64,000 nt of DNA from Chthoniobacterales bacterium (GTDB lineage: Bacteria; Verrucomicrobiota; Verrucomicrobiia; Chthoniobacterales; UBA6821): assembly GCA_026461395.1 (NCBI GenBank), contig JAPJNA010000079.1, positions 13,129 through 77,128 of the forward strand. The letters run 5' to 3'. The first letter of the stretch is position 1. Each line of letters starts with the position of its first letter. Under the pieces are notes generated by a model that did not search any database, had not been told where the DNA came from, and saw only the letters and a program-made list of their open reading frames with translations. Below, one piece after another: positions 19,920 to 29,455 of this stretch. Position numbers and translations under genes: made by a program.

Positions 19920-21365
19920 ATGAGCCTTCTTCTCATTCTCCTGATCGTCCTGCCTCTGGCCGCATCCGTGCTGATCATGCTCGGTGCTGCTCCCCGCGTC
20001 ATGGCCCTCGGTGCCGCCATCCTGAATCTTCTGATCTCGGTGGCGCTCTTTGCCCGTTACGATCTCACCGCGGGCGGATGGCAGTTTCTCTCCGAATGGA
20101 AGATTCTTCCTAAGCTAGGGATCAACATGACTCTGGGAGCTGATGGTCTGACCCTCACGATGCTGCTGCTCGCAACGCTGGTGACACTCTCTGCCATCTG
20201 GATTGCACCGAAGATCGATAAGCGCGAGGGAGTCTACTACGTATGCCTTCTCTTCATCTCGGCCGGTGTGATTGGTGCCTTTGCCTCTCTGGATGTACTC
20301 TTCCTCTACTCCTTCCATGAACTCGCCCTGATTCCGACCTTCATCATGATCGGCGTGTGGGGTTCCGGAGACCGCCAGGCCGCGGCCTGGAAAGCGACGA
20401 TCTATCTCGGCCTTGGAAGCTTTATTCTGCTGATCGGCCTGCTGGCTCTCTATCTGAGCATTCCAGCAGTCTCTCGCACTATGGATCTTCGTCAGCTTGA
20501 CCAGATGGCCGCCGCTGGGACATTCCATCCCTCCTCACTGATCTATCTGATCCTGCTCGTGGGTTTCGGATCATTGGTTTCGCTCTTCCCCTTCCACTCC
20601 TGGGCACCTCCTGCCTATGCATGCGCACCGGCTCCCACTGCGATGATGCATGCCGGCGTGCTAAAGAAATTCGGCCTCTACGGGCTGATCCGCATTGCGC
20701 TCCCGCTTTTCCCCGATGCGATGCACCAGTTCAACGGTCTCCTGCTTCTGCTTGTTATCGGCAATATCCTCTACATCGGTTATGTAACCGTCGCCCAGAA
20801 GCGACTCGACTGGACGATCGGATACTCGAGCGTGATGCACATGGGTTACATCTTCCTCGGCCTTGCTTCGCTAAACATCATTGGTGTTAACGGCGCCATG
20901 ATCCTCATGTTTGCGCATGGTCTTTCCGTGGCCGCGGCGTTCGCTCTATGCGGAGAAATCCGCCGCCGCACCGGCACACTCGACTACTCCGAACTTGGAG
21001 GTCTTGCCAAAGTCACGCCCGTCTTGGGTCTTCTTTTCGGATTTGCCGCAATGGCCTCCGTGGGTCTTCCTGGATTCGCCAACTTCGCCGGTGAAATTCT
21101 TGTCTTCTTCGGAGCCACAGCTTATGGCCCCACGATGATCCTTCCGGTGATCGTCGGAGTCTGGGGAGTCGTGATCTCGGCGATCTACATGCTCCGCGCC
21201 TACCGCAATACCTTCTGGGGACCGATGATGACGCGCTGGGACTCATTGACGGACATCACGCCGACGGCTCTAGGGAGCGTCATCCTTCTGCTTGTACCCC
21301 TGATGATCGTCGGATTCTATCCCCAGCTTCTTGTGAAGATGGTCACGACCGCTATTCCCCGATAA
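19920..21365 (+). CDS. nuoM: NADH-quinone oxidoreductase subunit M
   Basis: 481-aa antiporter-like subunit in operon order. Confidence 0.9.
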   Translation: MSLLLILLIVLPLAASVLIMLGAAPRVMALGAAILNLLISVALFARYDLTAGGWQFLSEWKILPKLGINMTLGADGLTLTMLLLATLVTLSAIWIAPKIDKREGVYYVCLLFISAGVIGAFASLDVLFLYSFHELALIPTFIMIGVWGSGDRQAAAWKATIYLGLGSFILLIGLLALYLSIPAVSRTMDLRQLDQMAAAGTFHPSSLIYLILLVGFGSLVSLFPFHSWAPPAYACAPAPTAMMHAGVLKKFGLYGLIRIALPLFPDAMHQFNGLLLLLVIGNILYIGYVTVAQKRLDWTIGYSSVMHMGYIFLGLASLNIIGVNGAMILMFAHGLSVAAAFALCGEIRRRTGTLDYSELGGLAKVTPVLGLLFGFAAMASVGLPGFANFAGEILVFFGATAYGPTMILPVIVGVWGVVISAIYMLRAYRNTFWGPMMTRWDSLTDITPTALGSVILLLVPLMIVGFYPQLLVKMVTTAIPR

Positions 21366-21383
21366 CCCGCCGCCTAGAATTCC

Positions 21384-22826
21384 GTGAACTCGCTCTTTCT
21401 TGAAATTGCTGTCGTCCTGCTCGGGATCGTCCTCCTGCTTGTGGAGGCTTTTTCCGACCGTTCCAACAAGGATTACCTGGCCTATCTGGGGGCCGCTGGT
21501 CTGACCGGGGTTCTTGCCCTGAGTTTTTTGCCGCAGATCGGGCCACTTCCGATGAGTTCTGCTGCCGCTTTCATCACATCCGATATTATCTCGGTCTTCT
21601 TCGTCCGGTTCCTGTTGATTGCGACGATCGTGACGCTTCTGATGATTCCAGGCTACCGAACGGTGCTGGTGCGCTACCTTCCCTCGGAACGCGCGGGCGG
21701 TGGCGTCGGTGAATTCGCCATCCTGCCACTCTTTGTTTGCGCGGGGCTGATGTGGATGGTCAGCGCAATCGACTTCATCATGATTTTCGTTTCGTTGGAG
21801 CTTGCGACCATCACGCTCTACGTTCTCGTCACCTATCTCCGCCAGAACACGGCCTCCCTGGAGGCCGGAACCAAGTTCCTAATCCTCGGTGCTCTCTCAA
21901 CAGGCTTCATCGTCTATGGGATCTCCTGGATTTTCGGAGTCACCGGCACAACAAATATCCTGGCTTTGCCCGATGCCATTTCGACTCTGCCCGAATCTTC
22001 GCTCTACGCACTGCTCTTCGGGATCGCGATGATCCTAGTCGCCCTTAGCTTCAAGACGGGCGCTTTCCCCTTCCAGTTTTGGATTCCGGATGTCTACCAA
22101 GGTGCTCCGACACCCATTACCTCCTACCTTTCCGTCGCTTCCAAGGCTGCCGGATTTGTGGTTTTAATCCGCTTCCTTCTTTCTCTGGAAGCGCTCCCGC
22201 TACTGGCCAATAAGCTCAACGCGGTGATCACCCTGCTTGCCGCCCTGACACTTATCTTTGGTAACTTTGCCGCGATTCCCCAGACCAACATGAAGAGGCT
22301 TCTCGGTTACTCGAGCGTCGCCCATGCCGGATATCTCCTGATGGGTGTGGCAAGCTTAGCTTCCCTGATGGCAATACCCGCGATCGGCTTCTACTTTGCC
22401 GGATACCTCGCCATGACCATGCTTGCCTTTGTGGTCCTGCAGGCCGTTTCCGAGGCTACCGGTGGTGATGAGATCTCGCGTTTCAACGGTCTCTCCAAGC
22501 GCTCTCCCTTCCTAGCCGGCGCCATGCTTCTCTCCGCGGCTTCACTAGCCGGTATTCCCTTCACCGCTGGATTCATCGGCAAGCTGTTGATCTTCGAGGT
22601 CGCCCTGAAGCAAGGTCACTATGGCCTTGTGATGCTTGGTTGTGTCACCGTGGCGGCGGGATTTTACTACTACTTCAAGGTGCTCCGAGCGATGTATTGG
22701 CAGCAACCCTCCGAGGAAACTGCCATCCCCGTCTCTGCAACCACCAAGTGGCTGATTCTTCTGCTCGGAGCAGGCATTCTGATCCTCGGAGTCTACCCGG
22801 AGCCTCTGCTGGCGGCCTTGCGCTGA
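21384..22826 (+). CDS. nuoN: NADH-quinone oxidoreductase subunit N
   Basis: 480-aa antiporter-like subunit with a GTG start. It is the last gene of the nuo block. Confidence 0.9.
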   Translation: MNSLFLEIAVVLLGIVLLLVEAFSDRSNKDYLAYLGAAGLTGVLALSFLPQIGPLPMSSAAAFITSDIISVFFVRFLLIATIVTLLMIPGYRTVLVRYLPSERAGGGVGEFAILPLFVCAGLMWMVSAIDFIMIFVSLELATITLYVLVTYLRQNTASLEAGTKFLILGALSTGFIVYGISWIFGVTGTTNILALPDAISTLPESSLYALLFGIAMILVALSFKTGAFPFQFWIPDVYQGAPTPITSYLSVASKAAGFVVLIRFLLSLEALPLLANKLNAVITLLAALTLIFGNFAAIPQTNMKRLLGYSSVAHAGYLLMGVASLASLMAIPAIGFYFAGYLAMTMLAFVVLQAVSEATGGDEISRFNGLSKRSPFLAGAMLLSAASLAGIPFTAGFIGKLLIFEVALKQGHYGLVMLGCVTVAAGFYYYFKVLRAMYWQQPSEETAIPVSATTKWLILLLGAGILILGVYPEPLLAALR

Positions 22827-22840
22827 TTCGCTGATTTCCG

Positions 22841-23803
22841 ATGCCGGTCCTCGACAAGCCTCTGGCCGAACTGGAAAAGTATCGCGGGACTAATCCCCGC
22901 CCCGGGGATTTTGACGACTACTGGGCTGATGCCCTGCGTGAACTCGACGCGACGGATCCTGAGCCCGAACTCGTTCCAAGTGCCGAGATAGATCCCCCTC
23001 ATGCCGAGGTGTTTGATCTCTGGTTCCGAGGGGTGGGTGGGGCTCGCATTCATGCCAAGTATGCCAGGCCCAAAAATAGTATTGGACCCATTCCTGCTCT
23101 TCTTCAATTCCATGGCTATTCCGGAAACAGCGGTGAGTGGCATGACAAACTGGCCTGGACCGGACAGGGGATCGCGGTCGCCGCGATGGACTGCCGCGGG
23201 CAGGGCGGGCTCAGCGAGGATAACTCGCCTGTGCGTGGAAACACCCTGAATGGCCATTTCATTCGGGGTCTCGATGACGCACCGGAAAAATTACTCTTCC
23301 GTAGCATCTTTCTCGACACGGTCCAACTCGCCCGGGTCGTGATGTCCTTCCCTGAAATCGACCTCGCACGCATCGGCACGACCGGAGGTTCGCAGGGTGG
23401 AGCCCTGTCGATCGCCTGTGCCGCTCTGGAACCCCGCATCAGCCGTTGCGTCTCAATCTACCCCTTCCTTTCGGACTACCAAAGGGTCTGGGAAATGGAT
23501 CTGGCCAAGGATGCCTATGCGGAGCTTCGGACTTACTTCCGACACTTTGATCCGCGACACGAGCGGAAAGAGGAGATCTTCACACGCCTTGGCTACATAG
23601 ATGTGCAGCACCTCGCCCCGCGCATTGAGGCAAAGGTTCTCATGGGTCTCTCGTTGATGGATGCCATCTGCCCTCCCTCGACCCAGTTTGCCGTCTACAA
23701 CGCCATCTGCAGTCCGAAAGAAGCGGTGATCTATCCTGACTTCGGACACGAGGGATTGCCCGGATTTGGAGACCGAGCCTTCGATTTTCTGCTCGGACTC
23801 TGA
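22841..23803 (+). CDS. Acetylxylan esterase / cephalosporin-C deacetylase family (CE7, AXE1)
   Basis: The N-terminus LAELEKYRGTNPRPGDFDDYW and the nucleophile motif GGSQGG are typical of the AXE1 family. Confidence 0.85.
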   Translation: MPVLDKPLAELEKYRGTNPRPGDFDDYWADALRELDATDPEPELVPSAEIDPPHAEVFDLWFRGVGGARIHAKYARPKNSIGPIPALLQFHGYSGNSGEWHDKLAWTGQGIAVAAMDCRGQGGLSEDNSPVRGNTLNGHFIRGLDDAPEKLLFRSIFLDTVQLARVVMSFPEIDLARIGTTGGSQGGALSIACAALEPRISRCVSIYPFLSDYQRVWEMDLAKDAYAELRTYFRHFDPRHERKEEIFTRLGYIDVQHLAPRIEAKVLMGLSLMDAICPPSTQFAVYNAICSPKEAVIYPDFGHEGLPGFGDRAFDFLLGL

Positions 23804-23805
23804 GT

Positions 23806-24951
23806 ATGCCGCACGACGCGGCCAAGGAAATGAACATCGAAGCGGCGTCTCCTTGTGCCATGCTCCGGAGCATCAGACTCGCCGGATTCCGTTGCTTCGA
23901 GTTTCTGGATTACGAACCGGGTCCCCGTCTTAGCTTCATCACTGGGCCCAACGCTCGTGGAAAGACCTCACTCCTCGAGGCCGCTTGCGTGCTCCTGAGA
24001 CTCCGCTCCCCTAGAACATCGAACAACTCCGAGATGATCCGCTTCGGAGGGAGTGCCTTCGCGCTTGAAGGACTCATTCAGGGCGTGCTCGGTGAAACGC
24101 GGCTCTCGCTGAAATCCACGCCTCCTGCCCGGGCCTTGGAACTCGACGGTGTCCCGCAGGCTACAACCGCCGACTACCTCGCGCAGGGCCGGATCGTCTG
24201 GTTTGGTAGTGATGATCTCATGTTGGTGAATGGGCCGGCAGAACGGCGCCGCAAGCTGCTCGATAGCGTGGGACTCCAGACCAGCGGAAGTTACAGGAGT
24301 TATGGCCGCGATCTCAGGGATTACGACCGTGCCCTCCGTTCTCGGAATCTGCTCCTTCGCGAGGGTCGTTCTCGTCGCGAAATTGAGGCCTATGACCATC
24401 CGCTCGCCGAGACGGGTGATCGGATCCTAGGATTTCGAAGGGATCTAGTTGCTTCCCTCGCGCCACTAGCCGCGGATTCGTGCCGAAGTATCTCGGGTGA
24501 AATACTTGAAATATGCTATGAGCCAGGTTCTACCGTCCCGATGATGCAGGCTCTTCTCTCTAGCCGTGATGAGGAGCTGCGCCTGCGCCAGACAAGGGTT
24601 GGGCCGCAGCGTGACGATATCCTGATCCTCCTGAATGGTATTCCTGCAGGCTCTTATGCCTCCGAAGGTCAGCGTCGGACGATCGCGCTCTCTCTGAAAC
24701 TGGCTGTGGCCGCACTCTTGACCCGGGGGAATGGAAGACCCCCTCTGCTCCTGCTGGATGATATCTTCGGAGAGCTGGATCCATCACGACGCGATGCGCT
24801 TCTGGCTGGAATGCCTCCTGGAGCCCAAGCCCTGCTCAGTACTGCTGAGCTGACGGGAATCGTTATTCCCGAAGGTTCCAGGATCCACCGGTTTACCGAA
24901 GGGGGGACCCTGGAGATGGTTGTATCCGGAGATTCGGGTTCAGCGCCCTAA
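23806..24951 (+). CDS. recF: DNA replication and repair protein RecF
   Basis: It has Walker A GPNARGKTSLLEA, SEGQRRTIALSLKLA and LLLLDDIFGELD. The true start may be the internal MLRSIRLAGFRCFE at 23860. Confidence 0.9.
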   Translation: MPHDAAKEMNIEAASPCAMLRSIRLAGFRCFEFLDYEPGPRLSFITGPNARGKTSLLEAACVLLRLRSPRTSNNSEMIRFGGSAFALEGLIQGVLGETRLSLKSTPPARALELDGVPQATTADYLAQGRIVWFGSDDLMLVNGPAERRRKLLDSVGLQTSGSYRSYGRDLRDYDRALRSRNLLLREGRSRREIEAYDHPLAETGDRILGFRRDLVASLAPLAADSCRSISGEILEICYEPGSTVPMMQALLSSRDEELRLRQTRVGPQRDDILILLNGIPAGSYASEGQRRTIALSLKLAVAALLTRGNGRPPLLLLDDIFGELDPSRRDALLAGMPPGAQALLSTAELTGIVIPEGSRIHRFTEGGTLEMVVSGDSGSAP

Positions 24952-25000
24952 ATGACGTGGCTTGAAGGTAAAGGATTCTTGCCCTAGGCAAGAGGTAAGC

Positions 25001-26803
25001 ATGGCCATCTATCTCCGCACGTTCCGCTACTTCCGTGCCTACAAAAGCCAGACGATTCTAGCCGTAGCGCTAATGTCTGCCGGCATCGGATTCAACTTGC
25101 TGGCCCCTTGGCCGTTCAAATACGTGGTGGACGGCATTCTCCAACCCGAAACGGCACCAGGAGTTGCCGAGGCTCATGCCTTCATTGCCCACTGGTTCTC
25201 TTGGACCAGTGCAAGGGGAGCTGCGTTGACGCTCTGTATGATCATGGCCCTGATAGCCGTTGTGTCTGGTCTGGTGAATCTCCTGTCCAGCACACTCCTA
25301 ATCAAGATCGGCCTGAAGGCGCTCTTGCATCTCCGTACGCAGCTGTACAGCTGTCTGCAATCCCTTCCGCTTCAGTTCCACGACACGAGGCGCAGCAGCG
25401 ACTCCTCCTTCCGTGTGGCCTACGATTCCCAGTCACTCCAGACGATCTATAACAAAGGGTTCGCTACGATCTTCGGGTCGGTAGTTACCTTGGTGGGGGC
25501 CTTATCCATCATGTTCCGGATGAACTGGCAGCTGACGCTCGTCTCGATGACAGTAATTCCGCCTCTCTTCTGGGCGATCCACCATTACGGAGAGCGGATC
25601 CGCAGGGAGTCCACCACGATCCAGGAGAGGGAGAGCGATCTGCTCGCGACGACTCAGGAGGGACTCGGCTCGATCCGGATGGTCCAGGCTTTCGGTAGAG
25701 AATCGTTCGAGGTGAGTCAGTTTGTCCGTCATGCGACAAGAAGCCTTGAAGCAAATTTTCGCCTCAACATGACCTCCATGAAGAGCGCTCTTATTGTCAC
25801 GACGCTCATCGCCGCGGGAACCTCGGCCATGTACTATGTGGGAACTATTCAGGTGCTCGATGCCAGGTTGAGCATTGGTGACCTGACGGTCTTTGTCGCT
25901 TATCTGGCGACACTCTACCAACCGATCCAGCAACTCACCTACACGGCCTGGGCCCTTGAAGGTGCCGCCGCAGGTGCTCAGCGCTGCTTCGAAATCCTAG
26001 ACCGCGAGGAGGAGACCAAGGACGATCCCGGTGCGATCACGATGCCGATTGCCAAAGGGGAGATCACCTTTGCCGGAGTCACCTTTGCCTACGATCCGAA
26101 GGCCCCGGTACTAGCTGGAGTCGACCTGGCGATTGCTCCCGGCGAGACAGTGGCCTTTGTGGGTGGGACTGGTGCTGGGAAGAGCACTCTCCTGAGCTTG
26201 GTGCCGCGCTTTTACAATCCGACAGCGGGAATCGTGAGGATTGATGGATATGACCTCAGGGAAGTCACTAAGGCTTCGCTCAGGACCCAGATCGGTATGG
26301 TTCTGCAGGATACCCTTCTCTTTTCCAGTAGTATCCGGGAGAACATAGCCTACGGGCGCGAAGGCGCGACCGAAGAAGAGATCATCGAGGCGGCGCGACG
26401 TGCCCAAGCCTATGACTTCATCATGGCCCAACCACAGGGCTTCGACACGCCGGTTGGAGAGCGCGGGGGGCATCTGAGTGTAGGCCAGCGCCAGCGTCTC
26501 GGTATTGCCCGTGCGTTCCTGAAGAATGCCCCGATCCTGCTTCTGGATGAGCCGACCTCGGCACTTGATCCCTCCACCGAGAAGGCGATTATGGAGACGA
26601 TCGCCGAGCTGATGAAGGGGCGCACCACCCTCATCATCACGCACAGACTCTCGACGGTCCATCATCTCGGACGCGTGGTGCTTCTCGAGCATGGCCGCAT
26701 CGCCGAGCAGGGAACTGGTCCGGAGCTTCTCGCGTTGGGAGGATCCTACGCCCGCCTCTACCATGCTGCCGGTCACGAACCGAAAGGAACTAACGAGTCA
26801 TGA
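25001..26803 (+). CDS. ABC exporter, fused permease/ATPase (MsbA-like type I exporter)
   Basis: Six-TM N-terminal half. The ATPase half has Walker A GGTGAGKST, signature LSVGQRQR and Walker B ILLLDEPTS. I prefer the start MAIYLRTF at 25001 over the track start at 24962. Confidence 0.9.
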   Translation: MAIYLRTFRYFRAYKSQTILAVALMSAGIGFNLLAPWPFKYVVDGILQPETAPGVAEAHAFIAHWFSWTSARGAALTLCMIMALIAVVSGLVNLLSSTLLIKIGLKALLHLRTQLYSCLQSLPLQFHDTRRSSDSSFRVAYDSQSLQTIYNKGFATIFGSVVTLVGALSIMFRMNWQLTLVSMTVIPPLFWAIHHYGERIRRESTTIQERESDLLATTQEGLGSIRMVQAFGRESFEVSQFVRHATRSLEANFRLNMTSMKSALIVTTLIAAGTSAMYYVGTIQVLDARLSIGDLTVFVAYLATLYQPIQQLTYTAWALEGAAAGAQRCFEILDREEETKDDPGAITMPIAKGEITFAGVTFAYDPKAPVLAGVDLAIAPGETVAFVGGTGAGKSTLLSLVPRFYNPTAGIVRIDGYDLREVTKASLRTQIGMVLQDTLLFSSSIRENIAYGREGATEEEIIEAARRAQAYDFIMAQPQGFDTPVGERGGHLSVGQRQRLGIARAFLKNAPILLLDEPTSALDPSTEKAIMETIAELMKGRTTLIITHRLSTVHHLGRVVLLEHGRIAEQGTGPELLALGGSYARLYHAAGHEPKGTNES

Positions 26804-27981
26804 AGCGTAAAAAGATCATCGTTCTAGGATTCATGGGAGGCATGCCCATCGCCGGGGTCATCTGGCAACATATTCACTACATCGTCGGACTTCAGCGGTT
26901 AGGTCATGAGGTTACTTACGTCGAGGACACGCTGAACTACCCCTACGATCCAGTCGCCTTCAACATCTCCGACGATTACTCCTATGCGACACAAACGCTG
27001 GGGCGGTTAGCCAAGGAACACGGATTTGAGGGTCGCTGGGCCTATTGCGCACGCTTCAAGGAGTCTACTGAGATTGCCGGGTTGTCGCTGACCGAACTTA
27101 GGACTCTCTACAAGGAGGCCGACTGTGCGCTCAATATCTGCGGATCGCATGACATGAACGACGATTTGAGGACCATTCGGAACCTGATCTATGTCGAGAG
27201 CGATCCCGGCATGGAGCAGATCAAAATCGACCAAGGGGAGTCGGAGACCATCGATTACCTGAAAGAGCACCAGCACCTTTTCACCTTCGGAGAGAATATC
27301 GGCGCACCTGCCTTTGTTGTGCCCACCCATGATTTCCAATGGCTGCCGACCCGGCAACCCGTGGTAACCGATCTCTGGTGTGCGGGAGTAGAGGCTCCGG
27401 TGCCTGATCCCGCAGCCCTCTTCACCACGATCTGCAACTGGTCAACCAGCGGCAAGAAGGACATCGTCTGGAAGGATTCCAACTACCTCTGGAGCAAATC
27501 GCTCGAGTTCCTCCGATTCATCGAGGCTCCTAAACTCTCTGGGGAACCCTTCGAGATGGCGACCGATATCAAGAAGGAAGAGGAGTTAGAGCTGTTCCGA
27601 AAAAACGACTGGAAGCTCGTGCTGCCTCATGATTTGAGCGTCGATTGGAACGGCTATCGTGATTACATCAGGAATTCCAAAGGGGAGTTTACCTGCGCCA
27701 AGGACCAGTATATCCGGTTGAATACAGGGTGGTTTAGTGACCGCACAGCCTGCTATCTGGCGGCTGGGCGTCCCGTGATCACCCAGGAGACCGGATTCAC
27801 TGCCCACTATGGCGGCAAGGAGGGTCTCCTCACCTTCTCGACCATGGAGGAGATTGTGGATGCGGTCGCCGCGATCCGCGCCGATTACAAGAAGCACAGC
27901 CGCGCGGCCCTCGAAATCGCCCGCGAAGTCTTCGAGGCCGAGAAGGTGCTGGCCTCCCTTCTCGAACGAGCCGGAGTTTAA
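26800..27981 (+). CDS. Uncharacterised protein, paralog A; C-terminal lobe resembles a GT-B glycosyltransferase
   Basis: 393 aa. Its ATGA start overlaps the stop of the ABC exporter. The C-terminal GWFSDRTACYLAAGRPVITQETGF is reminiscent of the GT4 EAxAxGxPV region. It is clearly paralogous to the next gene. Confidence 0.6.
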   Translation: MKRKKIIVLGFMGGMPIAGVIWQHIHYIVGLQRLGHEVTYVEDTLNYPYDPVAFNISDDYSYATQTLGRLAKEHGFEGRWAYCARFKESTEIAGLSLTELRTLYKEADCALNICGSHDMNDDLRTIRNLIYVESDPGMEQIKIDQGESETIDYLKEHQHLFTFGENIGAPAFVVPTHDFQWLPTRQPVVTDLWCAGVEAPVPDPAALFTTICNWSTSGKKDIVWKDSNYLWSKSLEFLRFIEAPKLSGEPFEMATDIKKEEELELFRKNDWKLVLPHDLSVDWNGYRDYIRNSKGEFTCAKDQYIRLNTGWFSDRTACYLAAGRPVITQETGFTAHYGGKEGLLTFSTMEEIVDAVAAIRADYKKHSRAALEIAREVFEAEKVLASLLERAGV

Positions 27982-27988
27982 GTTAACT

Positions 27989-28079
27989 CACAGGGATGAA
28001 AGGGATTAAGTGGATAAAGATAATTTTGTCTTAGCAGTCTTTTCTTTCACCCATCTCATTCATCCCCTTCATCCCTGTG
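27989..28079 (+). promoter_or_regulatory. Intergenic long-range inverted repeat that contains the GTG start of paralog B
   Basis: The left arm cacagggatgaaagggatt (27989-28007) pairs with catccccttcatccctgtg (28061-28079). 17 of 19 positions pair and the last 12 are perfect. The loop is 53 nt. GTG 28077-28079 forms the end of the stem. Confidence 0.3.
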
Positions 28080-29276
28080 AAATCTTCCTTGCCTCCTGTC
28101 TTTGTTGGTTGCGGTTTTGCGGCTAAGTATCCCGAAGGTGGCGGGAACTTTTCCGTTCCTCTCCAGTACATCATGGGGCTGAAGCGGATGGGACGTCGTG
28201 GTGTCTGGCTCGAGGTGCTTCAGGAGAGCGGCAATCTGGAAAAGGATGCCCAGTGCATCCGGACCTTCCGCAGCCGGATGACTCTTTACGGGATCGAGTA
28301 TTGCCTGCTGCTTCGCCCGAGACAGAAATCCAAGGGCGCCGAGGAGCATGATCCTTCGGCAATAGGTGTGGGCAATGGTGAGGGTAAGGGCATGAAGTCC
28401 TTCGGGATGGCGATCGCCGAGTTGAAGGAACTGGCACCCCATGCGGTCCTGCTGAATCTCAGTTATTCGATCAAGCCGCCGCTCACCAATCTCTTCGGGC
28501 GTCGGCTGCTCTGCAGTCTCGATCCGACCGAAGTGCTTTTCTGGATGGACCAAATGGAGATGGGGCAATCCTCCCATGATGAGTTCTGGTCCGTCGGTCT
28601 CTGCATGGAGGCGATCGATCCACGACTGCCCAAGCCGATCGTGCACTGGAAAAGCTATTTCCCCTTGGTCGATACCGAACTTCTGAAACCTCAGCCACGC
28701 CCTACAGGGCCTGGTAAGCCCCAGTTTACAACGATCGGTCAGTGGTATTGGGACGGGAATATCGAAATCGGCAACGAGTCTTACGACTACTCCAAGCAGG
28801 CGGCTTTCGCCCCCTATATGCAACTTCCCGGTCGGGTTCCGGAGGCGGTTTTCGAGTTAGCCATGAATCTGAATCCCGATGATCCCGAGCGTGCGCGTCT
28901 TCGTTCCTTGGGGTGGAAGGTCGCCACGCCGCACGCTCTGACCCGCACACCCGCTGCCTACTACCGTTATCTCGCAGGTGCCACCGCCGAGTTCACTGCG
29001 GTGAAGCTGGAGGCCATCATGGGTAGCGGATGGCTGAGTGATCGGGCCGCCGCATTTCTAGCACTGGGCCGTCCTGTAGTGACGGAGCCGACGGGTGCGG
29101 AGCGATTTCTTCCGACAGAATCCGGGATGCTCTTTGTGCGCGACCTGGAGGAAGCAGTCGAGGCCTCCAGAAGAGTTCTTAACGACTGGCCTGCACTTTC
29201 CAAAGCGGCCCGTGTCACGGCGGTGGAGTGCTTTGATTCGGTAAAGAATCTCCAGCTGCTCTTGGGGTGCTCCTGA
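28077..29276 (+). CDS. Uncharacterised protein, paralog B of 26800..27981
   Basis: 399 aa. Shared blocks with paralog A include FTTI(C/G)(N/Q)W, GW(F/L)SDR(T/A)A and LA(A/L)GRPV(I/V)T. This paralogy decides the strand against the antisense ORF 28056..28823. Confidence 0.6.
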   Translation: MKSSLPPVFVGCGFAAKYPEGGGNFSVPLQYIMGLKRMGRRGVWLEVLQESGNLEKDAQCIRTFRSRMTLYGIEYCLLLRPRQKSKGAEEHDPSAIGVGNGEGKGMKSFGMAIAELKELAPHAVLLNLSYSIKPPLTNLFGRRLLCSLDPTEVLFWMDQMEMGQSSHDEFWSVGLCMEAIDPRLPKPIVHWKSYFPLVDTELLKPQPRPTGPGKPQFTTIGQWYWDGNIEIGNESYDYSKQAAFAPYMQLPGRVPEAVFELAMNLNPDDPERARLRSLGWKVATPHALTRTPAAYYRYLAGATAEFTAVKLEAIMGSGWLSDRAAAFLALGRPVVTEPTGAERFLPTESGMLFVRDLEEAVEASRRVLNDWPALSKAARVTAVECFDSVKNLQLLLGCS

Positions 29277-29293
29277 GGTTCTTTTAAAAAACG

Positions 29294-29366
29294 GGTGGCT
29301 GACGGGGCTCGAACCCGCAACAGCCGGTACCACAAACCGGAGCTCTACCATTGAGCTACAGCCACC
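29294..29366 (-). tRNA. tRNA-His (anticodon GUG) with encoded G-1, CCA not encoded
   Basis: The reverse complement folds as g-gtggctg ... ccggt-ttgtggt-accgg (GTG) ... gcggg-ttcgagc-cccgt-cagccac-c. Total length is 73 nt. Confidence 0.9.
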
Positions 29367-29455
29367 ATCGTTTCCCCCAAAAGGGAGTTTGACATCATGT
29401 CGTTGCGGCACGAGTTGTCAACCCTAGCATTAGGTGAAAAGTTAGCACAAAACTC

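Noticed and set aside
29367-29455. Promoter for tRNA-His (TTGACA on the minus strand at 29417-29422)
   Set aside because: The -35-like hexamer is present, but the sequence 17 nt downstream (atgatg) is a poor -10. That is too weak to report as a feature.
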